This document shows, piece after piece, positions 45,708 to 54,917 of a stretch of 64,000 nt of DNA; positions within the stretch are counted from its first letter, which is position 1, and the number at the start of each line of letters is the position of its first letter. Origin of the DNA: a virus. The stretch lies in IMG/VR virus record IMGVR_UViG_3300035694_000001, positions 1-64,000 of that record. One strand, written 5' to 3'. The translations under genes were made by a program, and so were the position numbers. Below the pieces are notes generated by a model, which was not told the DNA's origin, did no database searches, and saw only the letters and a program-made list of their open reading frames with translations.

Positions 45708-47800
45708 CAATCACAGATATTCGACAGTTTCCTGAGGATCGTGCCCCCTGGTGGCGACGGTGGTTTGACCGCCAGCAGCCAGAAGCTCAGTACGGCGACG
45801 TAGTGAGCACTGAGGTAATCAAATGGGAAGGCTCGCCGGAGGAAGAGCCGAAGGGTTGGGCCTGGGTAGAAAAGCACGCGGTAAGCCTGCCGGACAAGCG
45901 GGCGGTCAAAGCCAAGCTCAAGCACGCGGCATCCAAAATGCCTGGCATCCTCGCCAAGCACATACTCGTTACGATTCCTAGAGGTATGTGGGCTGAGGTG
46001 GTTCAACCCACCTGGCGCGGCGCCGGCAAGTGCATGACGGCATATCACCACTGGGTTACCGCGATCCATCTCGATGAAGCGCAGAAAGTAGCTGAAGGAC
46101 CCCTCAAAGCTCGCACGTTGAAAGATCGACACAGCAGCCATGGGTACCGCATCTGGGCCTCGATCATCGCTGTGCTGTCGGCTGCCGGCGGCATGACGTA
46201 CCTCTACTACACCCAGCTCAACTACTTCTTTGCTGTCCTTATTGCCCTGGTTTGCATCCTCGATCTGATCGGCCGAGCCGGGCAGGAGAAGAAAGAAGAG
46301 TTTGTGCCGATCTACCGGGAGCCTCTCCGAGAGGGGATGCCCTACAAGCAGCTCACCGCGTCGATACAAAGCGCCTTCAACGAAATCATCGGGGTAGACG
46401 GCAACGGACACCCGTTGGTGCGAGTGGATGGCATCTGCTCATATGACTTCGATCGTGAAGAGTGGCGGCAGAATCTCTCCACTTTCCAAGAGATCAAAGA
46501 AGAGCATGTGCGGACACTGGAGCGGTCTATTGGCGCGGCACTTCGCTCGGTTCGCATCCTTGAAGTACCAGCCGTTGCCACTCGGCGGATTTTGAGCATC
46601 AAAAATGGGGATCCGTTCGTTGATGTTCCTGTGGCGCCTTGGCTACCAACCAAGTCGCAGAATATCGCAGATGGGCTTCTCCTTGGTAAGTCCCAGACTC
46701 CGATGCCGTACCGGGTGCATTTCGCCGGTGTGCATGTTGGTGTAGTCGGTGGCTCTGGTAGCGGTAAGAGCGAGGGCACTATTAGTGCGATTATCGAAGG
46801 AATACTCTCTTGCTATAATGCTGTGCCGGTTGGTATTGACCTTACTGAGGGGCCAATTTTCCCGATTTATGGTGACTGCATTCAGCGAGTCGCTTACACC
46901 CCGGAAGATGCGGACACACTTCTTGACTGGCTGCTTGCCGAGATCAAAGAACGTGCCAAGATTCTGGGCGATATCGCGCGCAGCAGTGACCCTAACGATA
47001 AGGGCCGCGAATGGAATGTTCACCTTGCTGCGAAGTACAACAAGCCCAGTGTCCATCTCATTGTGGACGAATCCCCACAGGCGATGAAATTTAATGGGCA
47101 GCCGAAGGGTACCATCAACCTTGCCGCTAAGCTGGAAGTAATCGCACGTACGGGCAGCAAGCATTGGGTGACCTTGGTTCTCGCCTCCCAGAAGACCGGC
47201 AAGTCCGATGCCGGCAGCACTGGTATTTCTTCACAGATCATGACTTGGCTCGTCGGCCCTTGCACCCAAGATGATGCTAATGAGATCTTCTCACCAGAGT
47301 TGCGGCGGGCCGGTTGGGCGCCGAACCTGCTTAAACCCGCCGTTCGGAACATCTCGAAGAATGATGCCGGGCGTGTTTATGTGAGCGCCGCTGGCTTTGG
47401 CCCTGACATTTGCATTAGCTGGACGCCTATGCCAGAACCAGAAATCAAACGTCGGCGAGACCAGCGGCTGATTGATGGGTTGCCTCGCATTACCAGCGGG
47501 GTTGGTTTCCCTGGGGACAGCAATACCGTAGAAGGCAAAGTAGTGCCGAATACCCTTTCAGCCTTGGCCGCCGCGCTCGATGATATTGAGCCCCCGGACG
47601 GCAAGCTGCCCAGCGCCATGGCTGCTGAATGGATCACTGAGCACAGCAATCAGGAAGTCGACGCCACGGAGCTGGCCAAGCAGCTGCGCGCCGAGCTGGG
47701 TGACCTCGCGCCGAGGGCCAAGAGCATGCGCAACAAGCTGCGAGGCAACTGCTCTTGCTACCTCGCAACCGACATCAACGACGCCATGGAGGCGCTATGA
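45704..47800 (+). CDS. traB: TraB-like FtsK/SpoIIIE conjugative DNA translocase
   Basis: N-terminal TM pair; HVGVVGGSGSGKS Walker A; HLIVDE Walker B; ARTGSK..VTLVLASQK; C-terminal wHTH-like region. Confidence 0.8.
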   Translation: MTITDIRQFPEDRAPWWRRWFDRQQPEAQYGDVVSTEVIKWEGSPEEEPKGWAWVEKHAVSLPDKRAVKAKLKHAASKMPGILAKHILVTIPRGMWAEVVQPTWRGAGKCMTAYHHWVTAIHLDEAQKVAEGPLKARTLKDRHSSHGYRIWASIIAVLSAAGGMTYLYYTQLNYFFAVLIALVCILDLIGRAGQEKKEEFVPIYREPLREGMPYKQLTASIQSAFNEIIGVDGNGHPLVRVDGICSYDFDREEWRQNLSTFQEIKEEHVRTLERSIGAALRSVRILEVPAVATRRILSIKNGDPFVDVPVAPWLPTKSQNIADGLLLGKSQTPMPYRVHFAGVHVGVVGGSGSGKSEGTISAIIEGILSCYNAVPVGIDLTEGPIFPIYGDCIQRVAYTPEDADTLLDWLLAEIKERAKILGDIARSSDPNDKGREWNVHLAAKYNKPSVHLIVDESPQAMKFNGQPKGTINLAAKLEVIARTGSKHWVTLVLASQKTGKSDAGSTGISSQIMTWLVGPCTQDDANEIFSPELRRAGWAPNLLKPAVRNISKNDAGRVYVSAAGFGPDICISWTPMPEPEIKRRRDQRLIDGLPRITSGVGFPGDSNTVEGKVVPNTLSALAAALDDIEPPDGKLPSAMAAEWITEHSNQEVDATELAKQLRAELGDLAPRAKSMRNKLRGNCSCYLATDINDAMEAL

Positions 47801-47897
47801 GAACCACAACGTCCGGCTCAACGGACGAACCCCTAGGGCTCAACCTTCAACGCTTGTTGAACCCCCCTGTTGAAGGCCTGGCGGGCTCTAAGACTCC

Positions 47898-48027
47898 TGG
47901 GGTTGTCCGGGTATCCGTGCAGGGGTCGAGGGGCCCCAGGGGTCATCAGCAGGGGTACTCAGCAGGAGGGGTCAAGGGGTCATGCACGTCTGGGTAGGGG
48001 TCTTGCTGTTCTTGGGGGCATGGGGTC
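47898..48027. repeat. clt-like cluster of AGGGGTC (minus strand GACCCCT) direct repeats
   Basis: Exact copies at 47921, 47938, 47967, 47975, 47996; variants at 47898, 47929, 47951, 48021; immediately 3' of traB. Confidence 0.6.
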
Positions 48028-48188
48028 TTCACATCTGGAACAAACCCTATGTGACCTGCTCACACTGTGGAGGGTCAAAGCGTGAGTACGCCGCAGACGG
48101 GGTGCACTTCAGCGAGGAGGAGTGCTTCTGGTGCTACGAGAACGGCTACCGCTACCGCTGGGAGTTGAGGTGGTTGACCCTCTTCTAA
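47982..48188 (+). CDS. Small membrane-anchored Zn-finger protein
   Basis: TM segment then PYVTCSHCGGS...CFWC..NGYR.RW. Confidence 0.65.
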   Translation: MHVWVGVLLFLGAWGLHIWNKPYVTCSHCGGSKREYAADGVHFSEEECFWCYENGYRYRWELRWLTLF

Positions 48189-48196
48189 ATGACCCC

Positions 48197-48235
48197 CTGT
48201 CGAGCTTGACAGGTGCCTAGGTGTCCGGCTACGTT
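48197..48235 (+). promoter_or_regulatory. Rightward promoter TTGACA-18-TACGTT with 16-bp operator
   Basis: CTGTCGAGCTTGACAG at 48197-48212. Confidence 0.7.
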
Positions 48236-48252
48236 GTTACTAGGTTCCTAGT

Positions 48253-48564
48253 ATGTTGAAGATCGGAGAAGCCATGAAGCTCAGAATGCCCGTTATCGCC
48301 TATGCGGTAGCTCGTACCGGGGCGCGTCGAGTGATCACTGCCTTGGGGGCCTTGGGCCTCAACGTCCGGGATAGCTTCGTGGGCCTCGGCAGCAACGTCC
48401 GGCCCTGGAAGCGCGCGGCCATGTGGATCTGCCTTGCCCTGAACTTGGTGCTTGCTTTTGCGCTCGCAACGCGCGGCAACGTCGTGAGCTTCATGGCCTT
48501 GCTCGGCTGCTGCACCGCTCTTAACTACCTCGACAGCACGATGCCCAGAAAGGTTAGGCCATGA
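48253..48564 (+). CDS. Membrane protein
   Basis: Two TM segments. Confidence 0.55.
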   Translation: MLKIGEAMKLRMPVIAYAVARTGARRVITALGALGLNVRDSFVGLGSNVRPWKRAAMWICLALNLVLAFALATRGNVVSFMALLGCCTALNYLDSTMPRKVRP

Positions 48565-48866
48565 CAACCATCGTCGATGCCCGCTACCACGAGGTGCACT
48601 GGTCGGGCGCCCTGGGTGATGCTCCTATCACCACTAAGCTCTATGGCAGCGCCCAGTTCCGCCCTTTCAAAATCAATGTCCGATACCGTGCGACTGCGGG
48701 TAAATGGGAGGCTGAGTGCGCCGAGGTGGCGGGGCCTCAGGTGAAGAAAGATGGAACCCAAGGCAAGAATTGGATCACCTCTGAGTACTGGTTTGACCTT
48801 TCTGAGGATGTCCCTCAGTGGATAACTGATATCGCAGCTACTTACCTTCCTAGGATTAAACCATGA
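48561..48866 (+). CDS. Hypothetical protein
   Basis: Coupled ORF. Confidence 0.6.
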   Translation: MTTIVDARYHEVHWSGALGDAPITTKLYGSAQFRPFKINVRYRATAGKWEAECAEVAGPQVKKDGTQGKNWITSEYWFDLSEDVPQWITDIAATYLPRIKP

Positions 48867-49096
48867 GCAGAATCGTCCGAGTGATCGTGCACCATGTACT
48901 AGAGGTCGATGTTGACCGCCTGATTGATGATTGCGAGATAGGCGAGAATCTCGACGTCGACACTGACACACTAAGCGACGGCCTAGCAGCGGATCACGTT
49001 GCCGGATTCTTCGACCCAGACTGCTGCATTCCCCGATGGGCGCGTGATGGTGTGCGTGTGATGACCAGCGATGCCCAGGAGGTAGAAGATGTCTGA
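48863..49096 (+). CDS. Acidic hypothetical protein
   Basis: Coupled ORF. Confidence 0.55.
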   Translation: MSRIVRVIVHHVLEVDVDRLIDDCEIGENLDVDTDTLSDGLAADHVAGFFDPDCCIPRWARDGVRVMTSDAQEVEDV

Positions 49097-49319
49097 CAAG
49101 GTTCGCAGCATCATGCAGGTAGTCAATTCCCGCGACCAGCAAGCTGTGATTGTTGTGGAGCGTGATCTCGCTTCAGGAATTATTACGCTAACTTCTACCG
49201 AAGTGTCAGATATGCGGGTGTACACGGAAATATCCACGCTGTCTGAGACGAATTACGAAGAGACGCGTAGCCCATGGGTAACTGACTTCAACGAGGCGAA
49301 GGTGCCAAGTGATGTCTGA
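49089..49319 (+). CDS. Hypothetical protein
   Basis: AGGAGG RBS. Confidence 0.55.
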   Translation: MSDKVRSIMQVVNSRDQQAVIVVERDLASGIITLTSTEVSDMRVYTEISTLSETNYEETRSPWVTDFNEAKVPSDV

Positions 49320-49599
49320 CGCCATCACGTACCCAGCCCCTGAAAAGGACGAGACCGGCGCCGAGTACTGGGAGCGGGTACGGCAGCTTGGCCTTCCTTT
49401 CCCTTGGGAAGCCGATCGATCACTGCCGCCGGGCGAAGTTAAGGTAATTGAGGAGTGGGCTAACAAAGATTCTTCTACCGGCAACTATTGGCCCTGCGAC
49501 GAAGCAGCAGTAAAGCGCACTGCCGCCAAGGTGGCGAGCTGCACAGTCATGCGGCGGATTCGTTGGGAATCGGCTGGTCCTTGGGAAGAGGTGAGCTGA
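49309..49599 (+). CDS. Hypothetical protein
   Basis: Coupled ORF. Confidence 0.55.
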   Translation: MMSDAITYPAPEKDETGAEYWERVRQLGLPFPWEADRSLPPGEVKVIEEWANKDSSTGNYWPCDEAAVKRTAAKVASCTVMRRIRWESAGPWEEVS

Positions 49600-49602
49600 G
49601 CC

Positions 49603-49809
49603 ATGGGATTTTGGACTGGCGATTATGGACGAGCAGATCAGTACGTTAATGGAGCCGCTGCACAGAATGGGCACTATAGCGTAGATACGCACGTTGCTCG
49701 GCAATGCCAAGACAGTGATAATAAGAATCAACGAAAGGATCGTGTCACATCAGCAGTGCACGACGCGGTACAGAAAACTTCAGGGCTTTTAGACTGGTTG
49801 AGTAAATAA
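49603..49809 (+). CDS. Hypothetical protein
   Basis: GAGGTG RBS. Confidence 0.55.
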   Translation: MGFWTGDYGRADQYVNGAAAQNGHYSVDTHVARQCQDSDNKNQRKDRVTSAVHDAVQKTSGLLDWLSK

Positions 49810-50789
49810 TGATGGGTCACGGGCACGGCTCCTTCGGCCTCTTCGCTGGCCTCGCTGTCGGAGATGCTCTGTCCTTGCCGCCGGCTGCCGTGATAACCCT
49901 TGGCCTTGCTAGCGCAGGAGCCGGGTTGCTGCCCGATATCGACTGCAAGGGGTCCACGGCCGCTACCGCTTTCGGCCCGTTCTCTCAGTTTGCGCACTAC
50001 GGTGCCATCGAGCTGCACAATGTCGTCTCAGCCTCGATCAGCACTGACCGGCATGAGCACGGCGCGCACCGGGGCTTAACCCACTGGTGGCCTTTCTGGG
50101 TGGTGTGCGGTGGCGCTGTGTGGGCTCTGTGCACGATCAACCAGTGGGTTGTGATGGCGGTGCTGGCCCTGCTGTTCGCGCTCGCAGCGCGGGGCCTCAC
50201 TATCCCCGATCTGCCAGCCGAGACGCAGGGTCGTTTCAACAACTCTCCCCGCCACCACATGATGATGAAACTCGCCTACGGCCTGCTCAATCTCAACCCC
50301 TTTACCTTCATCATGCGGCGCGGCCGGAAACACGTAGCCAAGACGCGGCGCCTCGGCTGGGCACGGTTGGGTTTCCGGTTTGGCGTCGGCAAGGTCTTGA
50401 CCGCAGCGGCGGCCAGCGCACTGGCTTACGGACTCGTAGCGGCCGGCGTCGCAGCCACCATCGGTCCGTGGCTCGGGCTCATTGTTGGCCTGGGGATGGC
50501 GTTGCATTGGTTCGGTGATTGCCCGACGCATATGGGTGTTCCTGGTATTAAACTTCATCAAGTGTGGAAGCTTCCGTTTTGGGCTTCATTCTATGCCGGC
50601 GGTCCGTTCGAGATCATGGCCATCTGGTTCAGCCTCGGGTGGCTCAATATCGTGTTGATTCCCGGACTACTCAGCCACGCACATGAGATGACCGTGTTGA
50701 TTTGGGCAACTTCTGCACTCGCAGTACTGATAGTCCTTGCTATCATTGTTGAAGCAACTAGTGTCGTTAAACGAAAGAGGTACGTATAA
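49809..50789 (+). CDS. YdjM-like membrane metal-dependent hydrolase
   Basis: MMGHGH, LLPDID, HRGLTHW, LHWFGD.PT..GVP; multiple TM segments. Confidence 0.85.
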   Translation: MMGHGHGSFGLFAGLAVGDALSLPPAAVITLGLASAGAGLLPDIDCKGSTAATAFGPFSQFAHYGAIELHNVVSASISTDRHEHGAHRGLTHWWPFWVVCGGAVWALCTINQWVVMAVLALLFALAARGLTIPDLPAETQGRFNNSPRHHMMMKLAYGLLNLNPFTFIMRRGRKHVAKTRRLGWARLGFRFGVGKVLTAAAASALAYGLVAAGVAATIGPWLGLIVGLGMALHWFGDCPTHMGVPGIKLHQVWKLPFWASFYAGGPFEIMAIWFSLGWLNIVLIPGLLSHAHEMTVLIWATSALAVLIVLAIIVEATSVVKRKRYV

Positions 50790-50790
50790 A

Positions 50791-50976
50791 ATGTCACACT
50801 ACACAAGTAATGCTCAAGGGTTCTTCGTAGGCCTGGGTATGAGAAACACAGCCACCACATTGTGTGGCCTTGTTCTTGACGAAGTAAAAGATTACGGTTC
50901 GCCGTCCGGCGGCCAGCACGCAACATGCCCGGAATGTCGACGTCGCAATGGCGAAGACCGCACCCGGTTATTCTAG
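50791..50976 (+). CDS. Small Zn-finger protein
   Basis: TLCG...TCPEC. Confidence 0.5.
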   Translation: MSHYTSNAQGFFVGLGMRNTATTLCGLVLDEVKDYGSPSGGQHATCPECRRRNGEDRTRLF

Positions 50977-50991
50977 AAGAGGAGAAAGTAA

Positions 50992-51468
50992 TTGAACCTA
51001 GATCGGTTTAGACCGCCGCAAGACGCGGTGTCGGCTGTGCCGCTCACCATGGTGGTAAACGGTGAGCAATACGTGCTGGCCTCGGCGGGGCAGCAACGAA
51101 GCGGCGAGCTGTCCCCTCAGGACAATACGCTGCAACACCATGGGGTTATCGCCTATAACGGTGAGCCGCACATCATGACGCCGAACGGGATTGCACCCTA
51201 CCGGCCAGTCTCTCCCTACTCGCCCGACCCTGGGCAAGTGCCGAGGTGGATCAAACACCCGTATGGCAAGGGGCTGGGCATCTTCGCCGGCGCGGCCATC
51301 CTTGGTGTGTTTCTGCTCTGTCTCGGTATTGCCTTGTACGCGTTGGTGAACGTTGTCATCGCGCACGCTTTCGCCATCGGTCTCACCATCGTGGCGGTCT
51401 TCCTCGGCGGCCTGATGTTGCTGGGCGCACTTACGAAATCACGGCACGGCTATGCTTCGAGGAGATGA
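50992..51468 (+). CDS. Membrane protein
   Basis: GAGGAG RBS; two C-terminal TM segments. Confidence 0.6.
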   Translation: MNLDRFRPPQDAVSAVPLTMVVNGEQYVLASAGQQRSGELSPQDNTLQHHGVIAYNGEPHIMTPNGIAPYRPVSPYSPDPGQVPRWIKHPYGKGLGIFAGAAILGVFLLCLGIALYALVNVVIAHAFAIGLTIVAVFLGGLMLLGALTKSRHGYASRR

Positions 51469-51474
51469 TAAATA

Positions 51475-51627
51475 ATGTGGCCATTCAGTCCAGTACGCGA
51501 AGAGCGATGCCCAGGTACCTGGGGTCATCGTACTTTATTTGGCACATGGCGTTGCGATACATGCGGCGGAATAGTAGAACCAGAGAAATCAGAATCTGAT
51601 AGCTATCCCGCTTGGAGGCTTTTTTAA
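51475..51627 (+). CDS. 50-aa MWPF-start Zn-binding protein
   Basis: MWPFSPVREERCPGTWGH...WRCDTCGG. Confidence 0.55.
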   Translation: MWPFSPVREERCPGTWGHRTLFGTWRCDTCGGIVEPEKSESDSYPAWRLF

Positions 51628-51628
51628 C

Positions 51629-52720
51629 ATGGAACGCTTGCCTGATACCCGAGTATTTGAGAACGTCACTATCACACCAAACGGGAAAACAGCGGCTGTG
51701 CTCGAAGGCCGTTGGGATGACATCTATATCACGTTGATCAATATCCGCGATGATGGTGTTCTCGTGCCTCATGCGCAGCGTCCGGTCGACCTCAAAGACG
51801 GTCGGATTCGAGTGCATATAGATCTCGTGCCGGCAGTGGCTACACCATCCTCGCGCGTGATTCCGGTCAAGCCACAACGCAAAACTAAGATCCCTCTGCC
51901 TTCTCGCGCGGCCCTGCAAGCTACCGGCCTAGGCCTCGTTGCGGCTACAGGCGCAGCAGCTGTGACCGGACTCGTCTGGGTAGCCATCACAGTCGTACCC
52001 GCTGTGATCTCGTTCATCGCCACGTGGGCCTTGCCCGCCTTGGTGCTAAGCGTCATCGCCCTTGGCCTCGGCGCGGCCATGGAGACCAGTCATCGCCGAG
52101 CGGCTGTGCACGAAGAAGAGCCGAGTATCTACCCGCCTGGGTATTCGCCGGCTGAACCTACTACTCCGAGTCGCTGGCGGTGGGGCACGAAAACGGAATC
52201 AGTCAAACACCACTGGCTCACTGGAAAACCGGTTGAAACGGAAGAAGCAGCTGCAGAAGCTAAAGCTGAGGCGAAGGACGTAGAACGGGAGCAGCGACGA
52301 ATTAAGGCCGAGACAGCACCCCGGCACCATTGGTTCAGCGGTAAACCAATCGAAGATGAAGAAGCTAAGGCCGAAGCGAAGGATGTAGAACGTGAATTGC
52401 GGCATTGGTGGGGCGGATTAACCAAAGAAGGAAAGATCGCCCAGCAGCAAGAGCAGTTTGCTCGGTTAGACCCCAGGGCTCAGCAGTGGGTGCAAGATTT
52501 GCGTGATCCGGCAAGTAAGCAGGCCAAAGGCACTTATGATGATAGCGCGGGTCGTTACTGTGCGGTAGGTCTAGAGACGCATCTGCATCGCCGAATGACT
52601 CATCAGCAGATGCGTCGAGCGTTCGGACCCAACTTTGTCTATGATGTCGAGAAATACAATGATTCCACTAACGCGACATTTGAAGATGTCGCCGATTTCA
52701 TCGTCCGGGAACTAAGCTAA
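51629..52720 (+). CDS. Membrane protein with internal repeats and a C-terminal domain paralogous to 55495-55860
   Basis: 2 TM segments; HHW..GKP.E..E..AEAKDVERE twice. Confidence 0.7.
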   Translation: MERLPDTRVFENVTITPNGKTAAVLEGRWDDIYITLINIRDDGVLVPHAQRPVDLKDGRIRVHIDLVPAVATPSSRVIPVKPQRKTKIPLPSRAALQATGLGLVAATGAAAVTGLVWVAITVVPAVISFIATWALPALVLSVIALGLGAAMETSHRRAAVHEEEPSIYPPGYSPAEPTTPSRWRWGTKTESVKHHWLTGKPVETEEAAAEAKAEAKDVEREQRRIKAETAPRHHWFSGKPIEDEEAKAEAKDVERELRHWWGGLTKEGKIAQQQEQFARLDPRAQQWVQDLRDPASKQAKGTYDDSAGRYCAVGLETHLHRRMTHQQMRRAFGPNFVYDVEKYNDSTNATFEDVADFIVRELS

Positions 52721-52729
52721 GGAGAAACG

Positions 52730-53152
52730 ATGAAAGACATAGGACGTGCCATCTTTCTTATCATAGTGCTCTGGTTAGGGTGCCAGGCAATTGGATACAT
52801 GGGCAGTCACGGCATGATCGGCCCGGCTCCAGTCCCAGCATCCGACAGCACGAGCGAGCCAAATTGTTTTGCTGTCCCAGCTGACGGCCAGTCACACCCC
52901 TGCAATATCCCAGACGCGCCGGTCACAAAATGGACCGTCACGGATCACGGTGCCTACCACGCGGACGGTAATTGCTGGTCTCTGGGCATGACGCTGCCGC
53001 CGGCTCCCGGCATGGATGGTGGTGCGTTCACGCGCATGTGCGTGCCGAGGTCGGATTATGACGCACACCCCGTTGGGTCTACCTACATCATTGGTGGCCC
53101 AGGTACGGGTCTCTCCGGCGGCACAGCCAGCCGGATAACGGACGGTGGCTGA
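52730..53152 (+). CDS. Exported/membrane-anchored protein
   Basis: AAGGAG RBS; N-terminal hydrophobic segment. Confidence 0.65.
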   Translation: MKDIGRAIFLIIVLWLGCQAIGYMGSHGMIGPAPVPASDSTSEPNCFAVPADGQSHPCNIPDAPVTKWTVTDHGAYHADGNCWSLGMTLPPAPGMDGGAFTRMCVPRSDYDAHPVGSTYIIGGPGTGLSGGTASRITDGG

Positions 53153-53153
53153 A

Positions 53154-53324
53154 ATGTGGCCCTTTACACCACTCGGCGGAGATGACTCAACATCTAGGTA
53201 CTATCATCGGGCCCCCGGAAACAGCGCAACAACTTATTGCGGCATCCGCATAACTGGTGCGGTGCCGTGCGGACCGCCACCCTGGGGCACAGATGCCTGC
53301 CCTGTCTGTGAGGCGAACCGATGA
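53154..53324 (+). CDS. 56-aa MWPF-start Zn-binding protein
   Basis: MWPFTPLGG...YH...TYCG...CPVC. Confidence 0.55.
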   Translation: MWPFTPLGGDDSTSRYYHRAPGNSATTYCGIRITGAVPCGPPPWGTDACPVCEANR

Positions 53325-53527
53325 GCCTCTTCGAGCCTCAGCCTGCAACTCTGAGCCCTGACCCGCGAAAAGTGGCTATCGCTGAGCTGCGAGCTTTAGC
53401 CACATACCTACGGCAGCGTGCAGCGCAGGCAGTCAGTGTGCCTACCTCTGTGGCCTTCCAAATCAGTGCTGACCGCGCTGAAGAGCGCGCCGAGGCACTA
53501 GAGCAAGGTGCCCAACTCCACATCTAG
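53321..53527 (+). CDS. Hypothetical protein
   Basis: ATGA coupling. Confidence 0.55.
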   Translation: MSLFEPQPATLSPDPRKVAIAELRALATYLRQRAAQAVSVPTSVAFQISADRAEERAEALEQGAQLHI

Positions 53528-53549
53528 CCCTCACCCGTTCGGAGTATTG

Positions 53550-53587
53550 CTGTCTAGCTAGGCAGGCACTACTGTCGAGCTAGACAG
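53550..53587. promoter_or_regulatory. Two tandem operator copies (CTGTCTAGCTAGGCAG, CTGTCGAGCTAGACAG)
   Basis: Intergenic; match the 16-bp palindrome. Confidence 0.65.
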
Positions 53588-53745
53588 GTTGAAAGAAACA
53601 AAATCCGAGGAGTCGGAATGAACGCGCAGGACTACGACAGGCAAATGATTGAGAGGCTTCGAGAAGAGGCCGACGACAGCGGCCATTGTCAGGAATTCCG
53701 TAACCAGTGCCGGACTGAGGCTGACAAGCTCGAAGGAGAACTGCA

Positions 53746-54012
53746 ATGACCACCACAGAGCCCCGTCGCCGGTCCCACAAGATCTGGCACTTGATCCGCA
53801 AAGATGACTACGGTTATGGCACCCACACTGAGTTTGTGATCGTTGCCGAGACTGAGCAGGCCGCGCGCTTCGCTGCGAGCGACACCGCACGGCAGTCAGA
53901 CCGGCATGTGTGGCTTGACCCGCGTATCTCGCACGTCGAGCTGCTGGGCAAAACCGATGCCGGTGCCTACGATAAGCCGACCGTGATTGTAGCGGTTTAT
54001 CGTGGCGAGTGA
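53746..54012 (+). CDS. Hypothetical protein
   Basis: AAGGAG RBS; FVIVAETEQAAR. Confidence 0.6.
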   Translation: MTTTEPRRRSHKIWHLIRKDDYGYGTHTEFVIVAETEQAARFAASDTARQSDRHVWLDPRISHVELLGKTDAGAYDKPTVIVAVYRGE

Positions 54013-54338
54013 TGTGCACAGTCTTGAGCCCGGCCATTACCGAGTTCTGCATAATGGCCGGCTCATAGGCATTATCAATGTGCAAGGGATTTGGTCGGAT
54101 GGCTGCGATCTCCGAGATTTGCTTAAAAAGCGTGAAATTAAAAAGGGCGACATACTCGAATACAAGGCGGTGAAGCTGTGACTGACGCCGAGCGGCTGCG
54201 AGAAATCAATACCACAATAAGTGAAGGCCTAGCTGTCTTGTTGTCGGAGACAGAAATTATCTGGCTTATTCAGAGAGTCGAGCAGCTCGAAAAAGAAAAT
54301 CAGAGCTTGCGAGACGCGCTAGATGTGTGGAGTAAAAA

Positions 54339-54917
54339 ATGACGGATGCTGGCAGCTTAGCACTGAGAGGGTGCACGGGGTGCTGCCGAAACCTTCCACT
54401 AACCGCGTTTAGTAAGCACGCTAATAAGCGAGATGGTTTGCAGCCTCGGTGCAAATCTTGTGTGAAAGAATACTATGACACTTTCGTGCCCGCAGATGTG
54501 CTAACTAGTACTAAGAAATGCACCACATGCAAACAATATCGACCTAAAAAAGATTTTAGTCCACATAAAGGCAGGCGCGACGGGCTGCAGTCTATATGTT
54601 GCGTCTGTAGACGAGATCAAGAAAACTTGCGGCGCCGAAACGGCAAGGCTCACATAACTTGGATCAAAACTAAATATGGACTCAGTCTGCAAGCGTATGA
54701 ACTATTAGTTCAGCAGCAACAAGGAGTGTGCGCTATATGCGGGCAGCTTTGTGTTTTAGGTCGATTATGTGTTGATCATAACCACACCACGCACAAAGTT
54801 AGGGGACTTCTCTGTAATTCGTGCAACACAGGATTAGGTTATTTCAAAGATAATCCCCAACTGCTAGAAGCTGCTGCACAGTATTTACACAACTCCGCTT
54901 TGCCAGTTGGCTTTTAG
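54339..54917 (+). CDS. Endonuclease VII-type homing endonuclease
   Basis: Two C..C...RDGLQ..C repeats; KYGLS...Y......Q.GVCAIC...VDHNH....VRGLLCNSCN.GLG. Confidence 0.9.
   Translation: MTDAGSLALRGCTGCCRNLPLTAFSKHANKRDGLQPRCKSCVKEYYDTFVPADVLTSTKKCTTCKQYRPKKDFSPHKGRRDGLQSICCVCRRDQENLRRRNGKAHITWIKTKYGLSLQAYELLVQQQQGVCAICGQLCVLGRLCVDHNHTTHKVRGLLCNSCNTGLGYFKDNPQLLEAAAQYLHNSALPVGF

Noticed and set aside
45704-47800. Type VII secretion EccC or host chromosomal FtsK
   Set aside because: Single ATPase domain, Spd-like neighbour and repeat cluster, and no WXG100/Ecc or host core genes nearby.
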